Below are positions 38,701 through 52,309 of a stretch of 64,000 nt of DNA, in pieces. A program made the translations under genes and the position numbers. The notes beneath the pieces were generated by a model. It worked only from the letters and a program-made list of their open reading frames with translations, did not search any database and was not told the origin of the DNA. Source of the stretch: Pseudovirgaria hyperparasitica. Its lineage: Eukaryota. The first letter of the stretch is position 1. The number at the start of each line of letters is the position of its first letter. The stretch lies in assembly GCA_010093815.1 (NCBI GenBank), contig ML996581.1; one strand, 5' to 3'.

Positions 38701-40130
38701 AAACCTATAATAAAATAGTATAGGTATACGCGACTTAATCCCTTTATATTTAGTATATAGGTTAGTATAACGCCCCTCTTAAATAGTCTATTAGATATTT
38801 TATCGGCTATTAGAATAGATATTCTAGATCGGTTACCTAACTACATTAACGATAATACTACTAAATTAGTATTCAAGAGTATATAGAAGGGATCTATAAA
38901 AAAGATAGTTATAACGTAGTTAAATAAACTCCTCTCTTAAATAAAAAACAAGCTAGTAGAGATAATAGCCGGTATAGTTAGTATAGTATTAGAAACTATA
39001 GATAGTAAGCGTATACTACGTATAGTAGCCGATTAGTATTTACTATTTATTCTATAAAGGGGATAACTAAGTAAGTAGTTTAACGGAAAGAACTATCTAT
39101 CTATAATAGTAACTCTAGTAGTAGATATTATATATATCGCCGCTATAGATATAGAGAAGCGGGTCGTATAGTTATATAAGAATAAAGGCCAAAGGCTCCT
39201 TAAATAAGCTATTGCCTAGGGTAAATCGAACGGGCTCGGGTATAATATATACTACTATAAGGCTAGGCTAGCTACTATATATATACTACTTATATACCTT
39301 ACTAATAAAAGGATAAGTAAGGAATATATTAAAATTAGGCTTATATATCTATTAATAGATAATAATAGTATACTAGATAGAGTGATTGTTAATCCTATAC
39401 GCGAATTACTCCCCTAGCTAGATAATAGTATATAAAAGAATATAATCTTACTAGCTTTAAAAGGAGTCGCTTTAAAGGTAAACTAGCTCCATAAGCTTAT
39501 TAATAAAAAGATTTATAATAAAAATACTAAATACACGCGTTAAATGTTTACTAACTAACTAGAGAAAATCGTAATTATATCTACTATACTAGTAACTATA
39601 ATATTCCTATATATAGTAAGTATTTATATTAGTACTTACTAGTAACATAATTTACTAATATATATATAGGCACTACGTTTATATATAAAATTAAAAATAT
39701 TAGTATATTTACTAGCCGGCCTAAGTATATCTAGTATAAATAAGGTATACTAAGATTTTAGGTTGAATAAGTTAGATTCTCTATATATTTTACTAGCCTT
39801 AGCTTTATAAGTCTATAAGGGATAAGACCTAATAGTTACTAGTTATATTATATTAGTAGACTAATATCTATATAAGAAGACATGGCCATAGATAAATATA
39901 AGATATTATTACTATAGATAATATTAGTCTATAGTATATATATATACTTTAGTTTTAGACTATTTAGGGGTTAAGAGTAGACTTACCGCGTTAGACTAGG
40001 TAATCGAAAGTATAAGGAAATAAGCCTTAGACCTAGAAAAAGAAGATATATCTATAGTAGCGATAACTATACCTAATATACTAGTATTAGATATATACTT
40101 TAGTAATCCCGTAGAGATATAGAAGTAAGT
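35780..40130 (+). pseudogene. SNF2-family helicase/ATPase with acidic repetitive N-terminus, intron-containing (start approximate)
   Basis: De-RIPed ILADGPGLGKT (~37939-37971), VVDEFH (~38674-38691), VSATP (38761), EKIVI (~39562) and motif V/VI-like segments (~39810-39925). Intron GTAAGT..ACTAAT..TAG at ~39616-39669. Confidence 0.75.
36166..37305 (+). repeat. Five tandem 232-234 bp repeats (exon+intron units)
   Basis: Unit starts at 36166, 36398, 36630, 36864 and 37098. Confidence 0.93.
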
Positions 40131-40254
40131 AAGATAGTTAGTTAAGTAGCTTCTAAGAGACTAGATAGTATAGTAGTATAAATATAAACTACTATTTACT
40201 TATAATTATATATCTATATATATATATACGTAAAGAGAAATAAGATATTTATTC

Positions 40255-40662
40255 TATACTAGTATATAGTAGAACGTTACTATATATACCGGTATATAAT
40301 AGAATATTCTAATATACGCCGGTATATTATAGGATATTTCTAGATACTTAAAATATAGTCGTAATATAAAGTAGTATTACTATTATATACCGGTATATAG
40401 TAGAACGTTACTATATATACTAGTATATAATAGAATATTCTAATATACGCTAGTATATAACGGAATTAAATATTTTCTTAATATTTAATAGAATAATTCT
40501 AGAAGAACCGGGATAGCTCTAGAAGAACTAGAATAACTCTAGAAGAACTAGAATAACTTAAGAAGTACCGGGACGACTCCGGGAGGAATAGGATAACTCT
40601 AGAAGTACCGGGATCTATTTAGAATAACTTTAGAAGTACCGGAAGACCTAGAAGTACTAGGA
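40255..40662. repeat. Direct-repeat field: a duplicated ~75 bp unit and ~20 bp CTAGAAGAACCGGGATAACT-like units
   Basis: 40255-40328 matches 40386-40459; ~20 bp units run from 40498 to 40660. Confidence 0.75.
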
Positions 40663-40683
40663 GCGTCGTATCTTTTCTAATGT

Positions 40684-43600
40684 AAATTAGACGGTTCTAT
40701 AGATAAATATAAAGCTAGATAGATAGCTAAAGGGTTTCTTTAAAAATATAATATTAATTATAAAGAGACTTTTACTTCTACCTCTAAACCTAGTATTATA
40801 AGACTACTATTATCTATATTTAATTATCTAGATTAGGAAATATACTAATAGAATATAAAATAAGCATTTCCTAACACTAAACTAGATAATAATAGTACTT
40901 ATATATAACTTCCTATAGAATTAGAAGATTATATATTAGAAAAAACTCTAAAATCTTCTAGAAATAAAGAGACTATAGATACTATAATATCTATTATAAA
41001 GAATAAAGAATATAATAGAGTTATATATCTCTTAAGAAGCGACTTCCTTTACATCCCCAAGAGGCCAACTTGGTCCATTCGGGGTAATACAGCGAGATAC
41101 ATACCTTAATCGATAGAGTATACCGAGTATACTAACTACTACTATACGCACGTACGTGTAGCGTCGAAACCAAGACGTTATCGCCGTATAAAGATATATA
41201 TATACCCTCTTAAAATCCTTATAGAGATAGAGGTATAGACTACGCTATTAGAACGCCGATACGCTAACCCCCTTTTATTAGTTAAGGGTAGCCCTTAACT
41301 AATAAATATAGCGGCCTTAGGCACCGATATACCCCGGTATATACCGGATATACCCCCACCGGTACGATAGAAAAGGCCATATAGCGATATTACTAAGGGT
41401 AACTATATACCTATCTAAAACGTAGAATACACCTAAAGGCGCACGCCGCCATAGATAGACGGAATAAAGGGGACCCCGAGAGGGGAAACCCTTCTAGATT
41501 ATATCGACTACTAGATAGTACGTATAGAGAAGGAAGCCGGAGAGAGCTAGAAGACCCTTCTATATATATTCTAGAACCTTATCTAGAATCTAAAGGGAAT
41601 TATAGAGGAGGAGAAGAAGATATAACTAGGAGGACCGGAGGGTAGGCTCGACTAAATGGAGGCTAGCCTACGTAGAATCTAGGAGGAACTTACTTAAGGT
41701 AAGCGCCCTAGTATATAGGTATAAATAGTAGTAATACCGGAGGCTATACCACGGGCCCCCTAGACCGGCGACGTGGTATATAGTATATATATCGTAATCT
41801 AGAATAAGGACACCCTAGTATAGGTCTAGTAAGTATCCCTAAAGGATATAGTAAGTAAGATTAATAAATAAAAGGGAATATAGTTAAACGTTATCGCTAC
41901 TAAACTCACGCTAGGAGGAGTAGTACTTACTATAATAATAAATATCGCGTAGTAGACTATCTCGCGCGATCCGAACGCGATTAGTAGTATCTTTCTAGGC
42001 GCCTCTATTAGGGCGGCCATATACCCGATATAGGTATACTCTATATCTATAAGCGGATAGGTTATTGGAGAAGAGGATATTACGCGGATAGAATAGTTAA
42101 ACGAGCGAAAATACCTAGGGATTAAGATCGTAAGAGTATAGTAGAAGAATATATAAGGAATTAAAACTAGATTAAAGGTATACTCTACTATAATAGTAGA
42201 GCTTAAGGACCCCGCCCTCGCGTATCGAATTATATAAGAGGGATTCCTAGTAGAAGAGGAGCTTCTTATAGCGGAACCATGGGATAGAGTATAGGCGATA
42301 ATATAGTACTTTAACTATTAGAGATACGGGTATACGGCATAGCGGTACTTCTAAAAGACTAGGTATAGATAGTATCGATAAGAATATAGTACCTAGGAGT
42401 ACCCCTACGGGACATAAGGAGAGGGCTAGAGAGATAGGGATATGGCGAAGTACTCTAACTACGACGGTAAGTACCCGTCGTGGTCGGCTACGTGCGCGAA
42501 ACGCAAATAGGTTACCGAATATATCTACTTAATCCGGATAAAGGGAGTAAGGTAGCTATAAACGATACGACCTACTACCGTTCCTCTCTTTACTATAATA
42601 CTACTACTATAGACTACCTCCTTACGAGGAAGCGGTTAGAAATAGTAAACCGTCCTAAGAAAGCTAATAATAGAACGGCCCCGAGGAATTACTAAGGCCG
42701 CCGCTATACGAGGATAGTCGCGTCTTAGAGGAATAAATATATAGGTCTATATATTCCCTAGCACCTAATAAGAGACTAAGATATACTCCTAATTATATAG
42801 GTAAACGTATAGTATAAACGTAAGAACTAGGCGATACTCCTTAAGGAGACTAGAGCTATAATACTTACTATATAGGAGCCATATAAATACTACCAGATAA
42901 ATAAACTAATAACACACCTAGAATATTATATAATATACCCCCTAGGACCGGAGAGGAGAGTCCTCTTCCATGTCTATAAGTCTATTCTACTCTTATTATG
43001 GTTGTATACTAAACGGGATAACCTCTAGATAATACTACACCTCTAGACGAATATCGGACCCCTCTATATATATAATATATATAATTAGAACCGATCGCTT
43101 TAGGCGGATAATATGCTTAAGGGCACTACCGAGCTAGAATAATATATCCTCCTAGGAGACTTTAACCTCTATTATAGCTAGTAGGGTAGACTAACCGTTA
43201 CCCGCGAAGAGCTTCGAGCTAGAGAACTACGTACCTAATACTACGGCTTTCTATACCTTCTTATACTAGTAGGATAGATTACCTAGCGAAAATATAAATA
43301 AGATAAGGGCGGATCCATACTCGGCCTTACCCTAGCTACTAGATACATTTATAATAGGACTTAATACTACCGCCTAAGCCTTATATAGATAGACTCCGAC
43401 CATGAATATATAGAGACCGTAATAGACGTATCTATCCCTTAAGACTAATAAGGGCGATAGCTATAGAAGAATACTAACTAGGAAAAGTACCTAAAGGACC
43501 TAGAATTAATAATCCTAGACCCGTCTATAGTCGACGTATCTAATGGCCTAGCCATTAACCAGGCCGTGAATATACTCCTATAGGCGTACTAGGGAGTAAG

Positions 43601-46600
43601 AGATAAACACGTACCGTACCGAATATATAGACCCCTAGACCCGAAAAGTATACCTTAAGTATAAGAGCATAGGCAAGAAGTCCGGAGATTATATACACGT
43701 ATATACTATAACCGCACACCTAAAGCGTAGGATAAATAGAGAGAGGCGAGAAGATAACGAGATAAGGTTCTCCGTAACGAGCGACGTAAATAGTAGTATA
43801 TAGTTACGGATAGATATACACGTAATACTACTAGACTATAGTATATAGTAAAATGGGCTAAAAGTACCGCCTCCCCGACACCTATACCACTTATACCCCC
43901 TCTTATATATTAAGAAAAGACGTACTCTACGAGCCTTAAGAAAATAGAGATTCTATAAGAGGTTATATTCCCTCTCCTAGAACCCGTAGACCTATTAGAT
44001 ATTAACGGCACGGAATACCCGGAAGCCGTAAGTATCCCTAGGGAAATTATAGACGACGATATACTCGGCGCTATTAAGACACTCCTAAACGATAAAGCGC
44101 CCGGGCTAGACGGAATTCCGAATTAATGCCTTAAGAGGACCATATAGGCGACCTTACTAATTATAGGCCATATATTCCGAGCGTGCGCCCGTATAGGATA
44201 CTACCCATAGAGCTTCCGAACTATATATATAGTTATACTCCTAAAACTAGGGAAGAGTCTAAACACGCCGAAGGGATAGAGGCCGATCGCCCTTCTCTTC
44301 TACCTTAGTAAGATACTAGAAGCTATGATTACTAAGAAGATAAGTATAGTAGTATAGGTACACGGCCTTCTCCTAGTAAACTAGAAGGCGAAGGTAGGAA
44401 GCTCCCTAATCACGGCTATTTAATATATCCTCGAGATTATCTAGACTATATAGAAATAAGGACGAGTCGTCACGCTACTCTCCCTAGATATAGTAGGGGC
44501 GTTTAATAAGGTAAACTATATAAGACTTATCTATAACCTCCGGATAAGGCGAATACCTAAGTAGATTATACGATTTATATAGTCCTTCCTTACGTAAAGG
44601 ACTACTTAAATATATATCCCTAGATACCGAAGTAAATATAAGGAGACGGTATACGGCATCCTATAAGGGAGCACTATCTCCCTAATCCTCTTCCTCTTCT
44701 TTATAGTAGACCTTCTTTAGGGAATAGAATATATAGAGATAGTCGGATACGCGGACGATATATACCTCCTCGCGGTCGATAGTAGTACTAGTAGAATATA
44801 TACACGACTCGAACGAGACCACGAGAAATACGTCTAGTAGGTAAAGCGCCACGGAGTAAAATTCGCACCTAAAAAATACTAGCTTATATACTTTATTAAC
44901 TACTATAGAGGATAGGCTACTAGGGAGGGGGCACGTCGCCCCTAAATCGACGCCTTTATAGAACCACTAGTATAGAGTATACGAGCACTCGGTGTCATGA
45001 TTAATAATAAGCTAAAATAGAGACCATAGGTGGTACACGCCGTCTCTAGAGCCCTCTAGATAGAAACCGCTATACGCCGGATTACGGTATCCACGTAGAG
45101 AATAGCCTAGAATAAGGCGAGATAGCTATACGTCTCCCTAGTACGCCTAGCCTTTATATACGGACACGAGTACTAGTATACGGCCCTTATATAAGCTTAG
45201 CGGGTAAAGCTTAAGTCTATATAAAACCGTATACTCCGCCTTATCTCTAGCGTATATAAAGCTACTAACACGATACTCCTCTAACGCGAGATAAACGTAA
45301 CGAGTATATAGAACTTCTACTAGATATAGAGACTTATATACTTTACTAAATAATAAGTATAAGAACGTGGAGGAGATAGAATATATATCTTCGCCGTACT
45401 ACGTACACGTATCCACGCGTATTACTAGGCCCTCCCTACTATAGAATAAACTCGAGTATAATATAAATACTATATAGAGGCGGACTCGAGCTAGACCGCG
45501 TAGGAGGTTTAAAATAACCCGGATACCATCCCGAGCTAATAGAGCCCTAAGGAGCTTAGCCGCGTTATATAGTCGTGGATCTAGAATAAATAGAGGGAGG
45601 TACTTAAAGCCTAGTAGGCCTCCTAATAGAATAGGTATCTAGAATAGATCTAAGGGCCTTAGAAGGAACCGAGTAAATAGATATATAAAGGGCTAACGAA
45701 GGCCTAAGTATCTATACTCCTCTAAGCCCGAATAGGCGCCATAGGTCTCCTATATTACCTCTACTAGAGAGGTGTCCTAGATATATCTCCCTAGTATAAG
45801 GACTACGGCCGGAGAGGTATAATACGCTACTACCTCGCGACGTGCTCTAGCCTCTATACCCTAAGATAAGCCCTTGTCCGTATAACGAGGACCTCTAATA
45901 TTACGCGATAGCTTAATAAGTACCCTAAGGACGTCGCCTAATAGATGCTTATATACCTTCCTCTCCCCTAGTTCTAGTAGACCCGCGTATATATACCGGA
46001 AGAAGCCTAATATATGCCGGAAGAACCCCGGTATACGTCGGAAGAACCCCGGGAGAACCGCGATTATTAGTTAAGGGTAGCCCTTAACTAATAATCTCCG
46101 TACCTACACGTGCTACCTAAGGGTAAACTATTATAATATAGGCTATAGGCCCATAGGTAGCCCCTAGGGCTATATATATATAAAGAACGAGAGGATAGAT
46201 AGAGCGTAGTTATGGATATAAGGGAGTTTTTCCTATTCGTAGGTTTCTTCTTATATAGTAGCTTAGACTAGAGGAGGCATGCGCCTATAGAGTAGTACTC
46301 TACCTAGTTTACTAATATTATTATTATTATATATCTCTTAAATAAAGCTCTATATAGATTAAAGTAGACTAGTAGATAATAGTAATTACTACTAGCTAGT
46401 ATATTAGAGGGTCTAGACTTTATTAATCTAAAATTAGATAATAGTATTTATATTCATAAATATAAATATATTATTCTAGCTATCTATATAGATAATATAT
46501 TAGTCTTCTCTAAAAATTTAGAAGATATTAATATACTCTATAAGGATATATCTAGAGTCTCTAAATTAGAAGTATCTAATTTAGAAGAAATAAAGGAATT

Positions 46601-47525
46601 CTTAGGAATAGAGATTATAAGAGATAGAAAACGAAAATCTCTTATTATTTCCCAAAAGAGCTTTATTAATAAGATTATATCTAAATATAATAAAGCTACT
46701 AATAAGCCTAAGGATATATCTATCTCTATAGAAGTTAAACTATCTAAAAATCTAGATAAAAGTAATTCTAAGCTTATAGAATAGTACTAGTAAGAGATAG
46801 AGTCTTTAATATATATATCTATATTTACTAGATCTAACTTAGTCTATTCTATAAACTATTTTACTAGATTTATATCTAATTCTAGTCTAGAATATTATAA
46901 ATACTTAAATAACTACCTATAGGGTTATTTAATTAAGACTAAGGATTTAGTACTAGATTTAACTCTAGACTCTAGTTCTAATCTAATCTCTAATTCTATT
47001 AATCTAATAGGAATTAGTAATTCGGATTAGGGAGGGAATATAGACTCTAGAAAATCTACTACGGGTAATATATTCTTATTATCTAATAAGAATAAAGAAG
47101 ATAGTAATATAGCTATTAGCTAGCTATCTAAATTATAAAAAATAGTAGCTATTAGTTTAGCTAAGGCCGAATATATAGCCTTAAAAGAAGCTACTAAAGA
47201 GAGTCTATTCTTAAATAATTTTATTAAAGAACTCTTTAATAGTAACTCTAATATTAAAGAGTATTATAAGGTCTTTAATAAAATAAATACTATTAAAATA
47301 GACTCTTTAAGTACTATAGAACTAGCTAAAAACCCTATATACTATACTAGGACTAAGTATATAGATATTACTTATTACTTTATTAGAGAAAACCTAAGCT
47401 CTAATAAAATAGAACTAGTTTATAAAAATACTAGTACTATATTAAGTGATAATCTAACTAAATAAACTAATAAAGAGAAATTTTAAGACTTTATTAGTAA
47501 AATTAGACTTATAAATATCTCTTAA
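40684..47525 (+). pseudogene. Ty1/Copia reverse transcriptase-RNase H relic, 5'-truncated, split by LINE C
   Basis: De-RIPed DGSIDKYKARWIAKGFLQ (~40690), then LNKALYGLKQ (~46338) across the TSD, SDWGG..DSRKSTTG (~47022), EAEYIA and HARTKHIDI (~47344). Confidence 0.9.
41036..46326 (+). mobile_element. Full-length LINE copy C
   Basis: TSD TTATATATCTCTTAA at 41021-41035 and 46327-46341; intact GYADD at ~44745-44759; (TAT)n tail. Confidence 0.95.
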
Positions 47526-47588
47526 GACTATTTATACTATTCTATATATATTTATATATATATATACCTTATAAAACTTAAGAGGGTA

Positions 47589-48060
47589 TATAAACTCTAC
47601 CTCTACTATCTAATAACTTTCTATAAGGTATTTCCTTATTAGGAATAGCTTAATATTAGTAATCGACCTTACTAATATTATCTACTTATATATATAAATA
47701 CTCTATACTCTTATAGAAGTTTCTAGAACTCTCTAGAAACTTCTAGAGGTCTTTAGAAATATAAACTTCTATAGAATTCTATAAGATTCTACTATAGAGT
47801 CTATAAGTTCTATAGAATTCTACTCTACTCTATTCTATTCTAAGGAAACTACTAGAGCTATAGAATATATATATATATATCTAGAGGTCTAGAAGATTCC
47901 TATTATTAATACAGAGAAGAATCTAGAATATATAAGGAGGAATATATAAGGAACGGTCTCTCTATATATTTAGTTCTCTCTCTATCTTGTCTTTACTTTA
48001 AGAATTATACTATATTCTTATTATCTTTAAGCTATACTCTACTAATCTATTTATTATATA
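47589..48060 (+). repeat. Copia LTR (3' end approximate)
   Basis: Follows PPT AAGAGGG. The start TATAAAC equals RIPed TGTAAAC seen at 91-97. Contains internal CTAGAA-rich repeats. Confidence 0.7.
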
Positions 48061-48149
48061 ATAGTCTATTATAGCTAGATTCTATTATATAACTCTATTT
48101 AGATATATATTCCTTATATAAGGAATATTATATATCTATTTATACCTAC

Positions 48150-49250
48150 CCTTTTTACACTAAGGAATATAAGAACCTAGTAACTATTATTACCTAGTCT
48201 ATTAGAAAAGATAGGGATTTAGATATAGATAAAATATTTAACTATCTACTAGATAAGTCTAGAAGGATAAAATTAAAGTCTTTACTAAAAAATAAGATAA
48301 TAGATATAGAAATAGTAAATAATACTAGTTCTAATAAATACTCTTACTATAAGAAACTAAATTATATAGAAGATAAGTATTTTAAAAAATATCCTTATTT
48401 AAAACCTTCTAATAAAGGGAAAGGAAAGTAAAAACTAAAGAAAAAGAAAGAGAAAAAGAAAGAGATAAATACTTCTTCTAAATAAGAAGAAGAGGTATTT
48501 ACTACTTTAATTAATAACTCTACTATTTAAAAAATAGAGTCTATTAATAGCTCTTTCTATAAAACCTCTTAGATTATAGATTTAGAGACTAGTATTAATA
48601 TATACTCTAATAAGAGTCTCTTTATTAGTATTAAAGAATATAATAATACTATTAAATAGGGAGATTTAAATAGAGTTATAAATGCTAGTAGTATAGCCGA
48701 TTATAGAGTTCTAATTATATCTACTAATATAGAGATATTAATTAAGAACTACCTTTATATACCTAATTTTAGAGTAAATCTAATATCTATAGAAAAGATA
48801 ATTAGAGATAGAAAGTCTATATTATTTAAAGATAACTATATCTATATCTATTTAAAGAATAAGAGGCTATTAGCTAAGGCTAGTATAATAAATAATATTA
48901 GTATTCTTAAGATAACTTCTATATATAAAGAACCTGATTCTTTATATACCTCTATAGAAAATAAGATTATAGACACTTAAAGTAGTTCTATTAATTCTAC
49001 TATAGATTTATAGTATAATAGATTAGGCTATATAAATTAAAAGGCATTAAATTAACTAAAAATATAATAAGATTATAGAATTCCTAGATAATAATCTATT
49101 ATATAAAGAGTGTAAAATATATCTAAAGGCTAGTTATACTAAAATATATAAGTCTAATTATATTCCTAAACCTAAGGAATATCTAGAGGTTATATATAGT
49201 AACATTTATAGTCCTTTACCATCTACTATAAATAATTATATATATATTAA
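48150..49250 (+). pseudogene. Copia gag C-terminus, protease and integrase N-terminus relic
   Basis: De-RIPed CSYCKKPNHIEDKC (~48339), WIIDSGAS (~48570), LWHNRLGH (~49008), CKIC (~49111) and IHSDICGP (~49192). Confidence 0.85.
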
Positions 49251-50532
49251 GATCATTAATAAGTCAAGTTAAATTAGTTATAAAGTATACTATTTTCTAT
49301 CTATATATCTAGTTAGTTATATTTATACATCTAACTAGTTTACTACTATCTATAGTAATTATATATAATATATACTACTACTATAGCTATAATAAGGTAT
49401 CTAAATTTGAGAAAACCTACTACTATTCTTAGTAGCTTTATACACGACGCTTAGCTAGGTATAGATTTATATCTTTATAGATACTATAGCGTAGTTAATC
49501 TACTACTAAACTAATATTTATAAGTTCCTTACTAGGTGTAATATACTTTATAGTTCCTTTAGAGCGACCTTATTACTTAGCTAGTAGCTTAGTAACCTTA
49601 TTATCTTAATCCTTATTCTAGTTAACTTATAGTATCTTACTAGTAGATAGTATACTAGTTAGTTTATATAAAGCTATTATAGTCTTATCTTATATACTAT
49701 TAGAGTTATTATCTAGAAAAACTAGTTTTATAACCTTTTAGTATATCTTATAATATAATAGTCTATTTAGTAGTAGTTTAGTAAGATAAGGTTTATGCTA
49801 TTTATAACTATAAGTAGCTATAGTAGTATCTTTATGTCTAAAGCTATAATAGTAGTAGATATTCTAGTAGTATTTAACTATTTACTTTAGTATTAACTTC
49901 TTAGTATAAAACTTATACTTAGTATTATAGATCTAATTAGAGTACTTCTATATATACTTACTAATTTTATTATTGAACGACCTTATAGTATATTTACTAT
50001 ATTTATAAATTAACTTTATAGACTTAAGAAGATTAACTATCTCTTCTAGAGACTCTAGTTACTTAATTAGCTTATCTATCTAGTATAAGTAATATTCTAG
50101 CTCCCTATAGTTAGCTAGAGAATAAGCTAACTTACTTAGGCTAGATAGAAGACCTAGATAGTTAACTAAATTAGGCTACTTAGGCTTTTATTAAAATAAC
50201 TAAGATAATATTTTTAAGATAGTTAAGGTTATCTTAAGAACTAGACGGGGCTATATTATAGTAAAATTACTATTAATTTCTTTCTTATCTAATAAGATAA
50301 TAAATTATTCTTTTATAAGCTTAGATTAGATAATATAAGGGTCCTTCTTAATAGATAGTTTTTTAAAAACTAGACTTTCTATAACTACTCTATTAAGGCT
50401 CTATATCTTTTTAGTAGTAATTACTTTCTACTAAAAGTTCTAGAATAATATAATATATATATCTAGGTTACTCTTAACTTTAAAGAAGTCTTTAGTTATT
50501 AAAATAGTATACTTAAATATAATAGAATTCTT
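49251..50532 (-). other. RIP-degraded fragment of an unidentified element
   Basis: Abruptly truncates the Copia integrase. Minus-strand coding-like frame with a GR(S/P)KG AT-hook-like motif at ~49555-49570. Confidence 0.3.
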
Positions 50533-52309
50533 TAAAAAACTTCTTATACCCTAACGAACCAAACTAGTCAATTCGGGGTAAAACAGCGATTTACATACAT
50601 TAAACGATAGAGTACACCGAGTATAATAACCTCCGACATACATGCGTACGTGTAGCGTATAATACGCGATAATACTAACGTATAGAGACACTATATATAT
50701 ATACTCAAAGACTCTTTAATAACATAAGTATAGACTATATCTAATAAACGCCGATACGCCGACCCCCTTTTATTAGTTAAGGGCTACCCTTAACTAATAA
50801 TTATAGCGGCCTTAGGCACCGACGTACCTCGGCTTCTACTAGGTATACCCCTAATACTAGTACGGTAGAAACGGCTATATAGCGGTATATTCTAGGATGA
50901 TTAAACCCCCGTCTAATAAACGACGAATAACTAAGGGTATATAATACTATAGATAATGGAGACGAAGGGGACCCTACCCGGGGAGACCCTCCCGGATAAG
51001 ATTAACTACTAGATAGTATATATAGAGGGGGAAGTCGAGAAGGGAGAAACGGCCCTTCTTAGTATCTTCCGGAACCTCGTCCGGAATATTAGGGAGCTTA
51101 CTATAGGAGTAAAATAGGCGCCGGAACTAGACCTAGAATCTAGACTAGATCGTATAGAGGCTAGTCTATAGAGGATCTAGGAGGGCCTTATCTAGGGAAA
51201 ACGCCCTAGCACGTAGGCATAGATCGCCGCACCTATAAGCGGAATAGCTATATTAGCTAAAATACTAAGGGCACCTACGGACGGGGTATATAGTATATAA
51301 GTTACTATCTAGGATAAAGAAGTACTCGTATAAGTCTAGTAAGCGTCTCTAAAGGATATTATAAATAAGATTAATAAATAGAAAGGGATATAGTTAAATA
51401 TAGTAGCTACCAAACTTACCCTAGGAGGTATAGTACTAACTACTACTACTAACACGGCCTAGTAGACTATCTCGCGCGACCCGAACGCGATTAACGATAT
51501 CTTCCCTAGCGCGTCCGTCCGCGTAACCACGTACCCGATATAGATATATACCGTCTCTATCTAAGGACATGTTATCGGAGAAGACGATATTAAGCGAATA
51601 GAGTAATCTAATAAACCGAAGTACCCTAGAATTAAGATCGCGAAGGCGTGGTAGAAGAACGTCTAGGGGATTAAGATAAAATCGAAAAAGCACTCTACTA
51701 TAATAGTAGAGCTTAGGGACCCCGCTCTCGTCTATAGAATAATATAGGAGGGCTTCCTAGCTAAAGGAGAGCTACTTATAGCGGAACCATGGGATAGGGT
51801 ATAGATAATGACGTAATACTTTAACTATTAAGGATATGGGTATACTAGGTAGAGATACTCTTAGAAGACCGCCTATAGGTAGTATAAATAGGGCCATAAT
51901 ACTAAGGAATGCCCTTATAAGACGTAGAGCGACGAGACGCGAGATAGGGATACCGCTAAGTACTCTAACTACGACGGGAAACACCTATCCTAGTCGGTAA
52001 CATGCACGAAACGTAAGTAGGTCGTAGAATATATTAACGCGATAAAGATAAGAGGAGTAAGGTAGATATACTAAGCTATGAGGCCCTCGCTGCCCTCGCC
52101 GCCATCCCTAACTTTACTTATGAATCCGGTAACTACCCCCCGAAGGGGAGAGGATAACGTATAATAGTATACTATATAGAGAAAGATAGGCCGACCCCGG
52201 GGCATACTTAAAGCCGCTACCGCGCGAGGATAATTACGCCTTAGCGCCACTAATATATAGACTCGAACTTTCCCTAGCACCTAATAAGGGTATAAGATAT
52301 ACTTATTAT

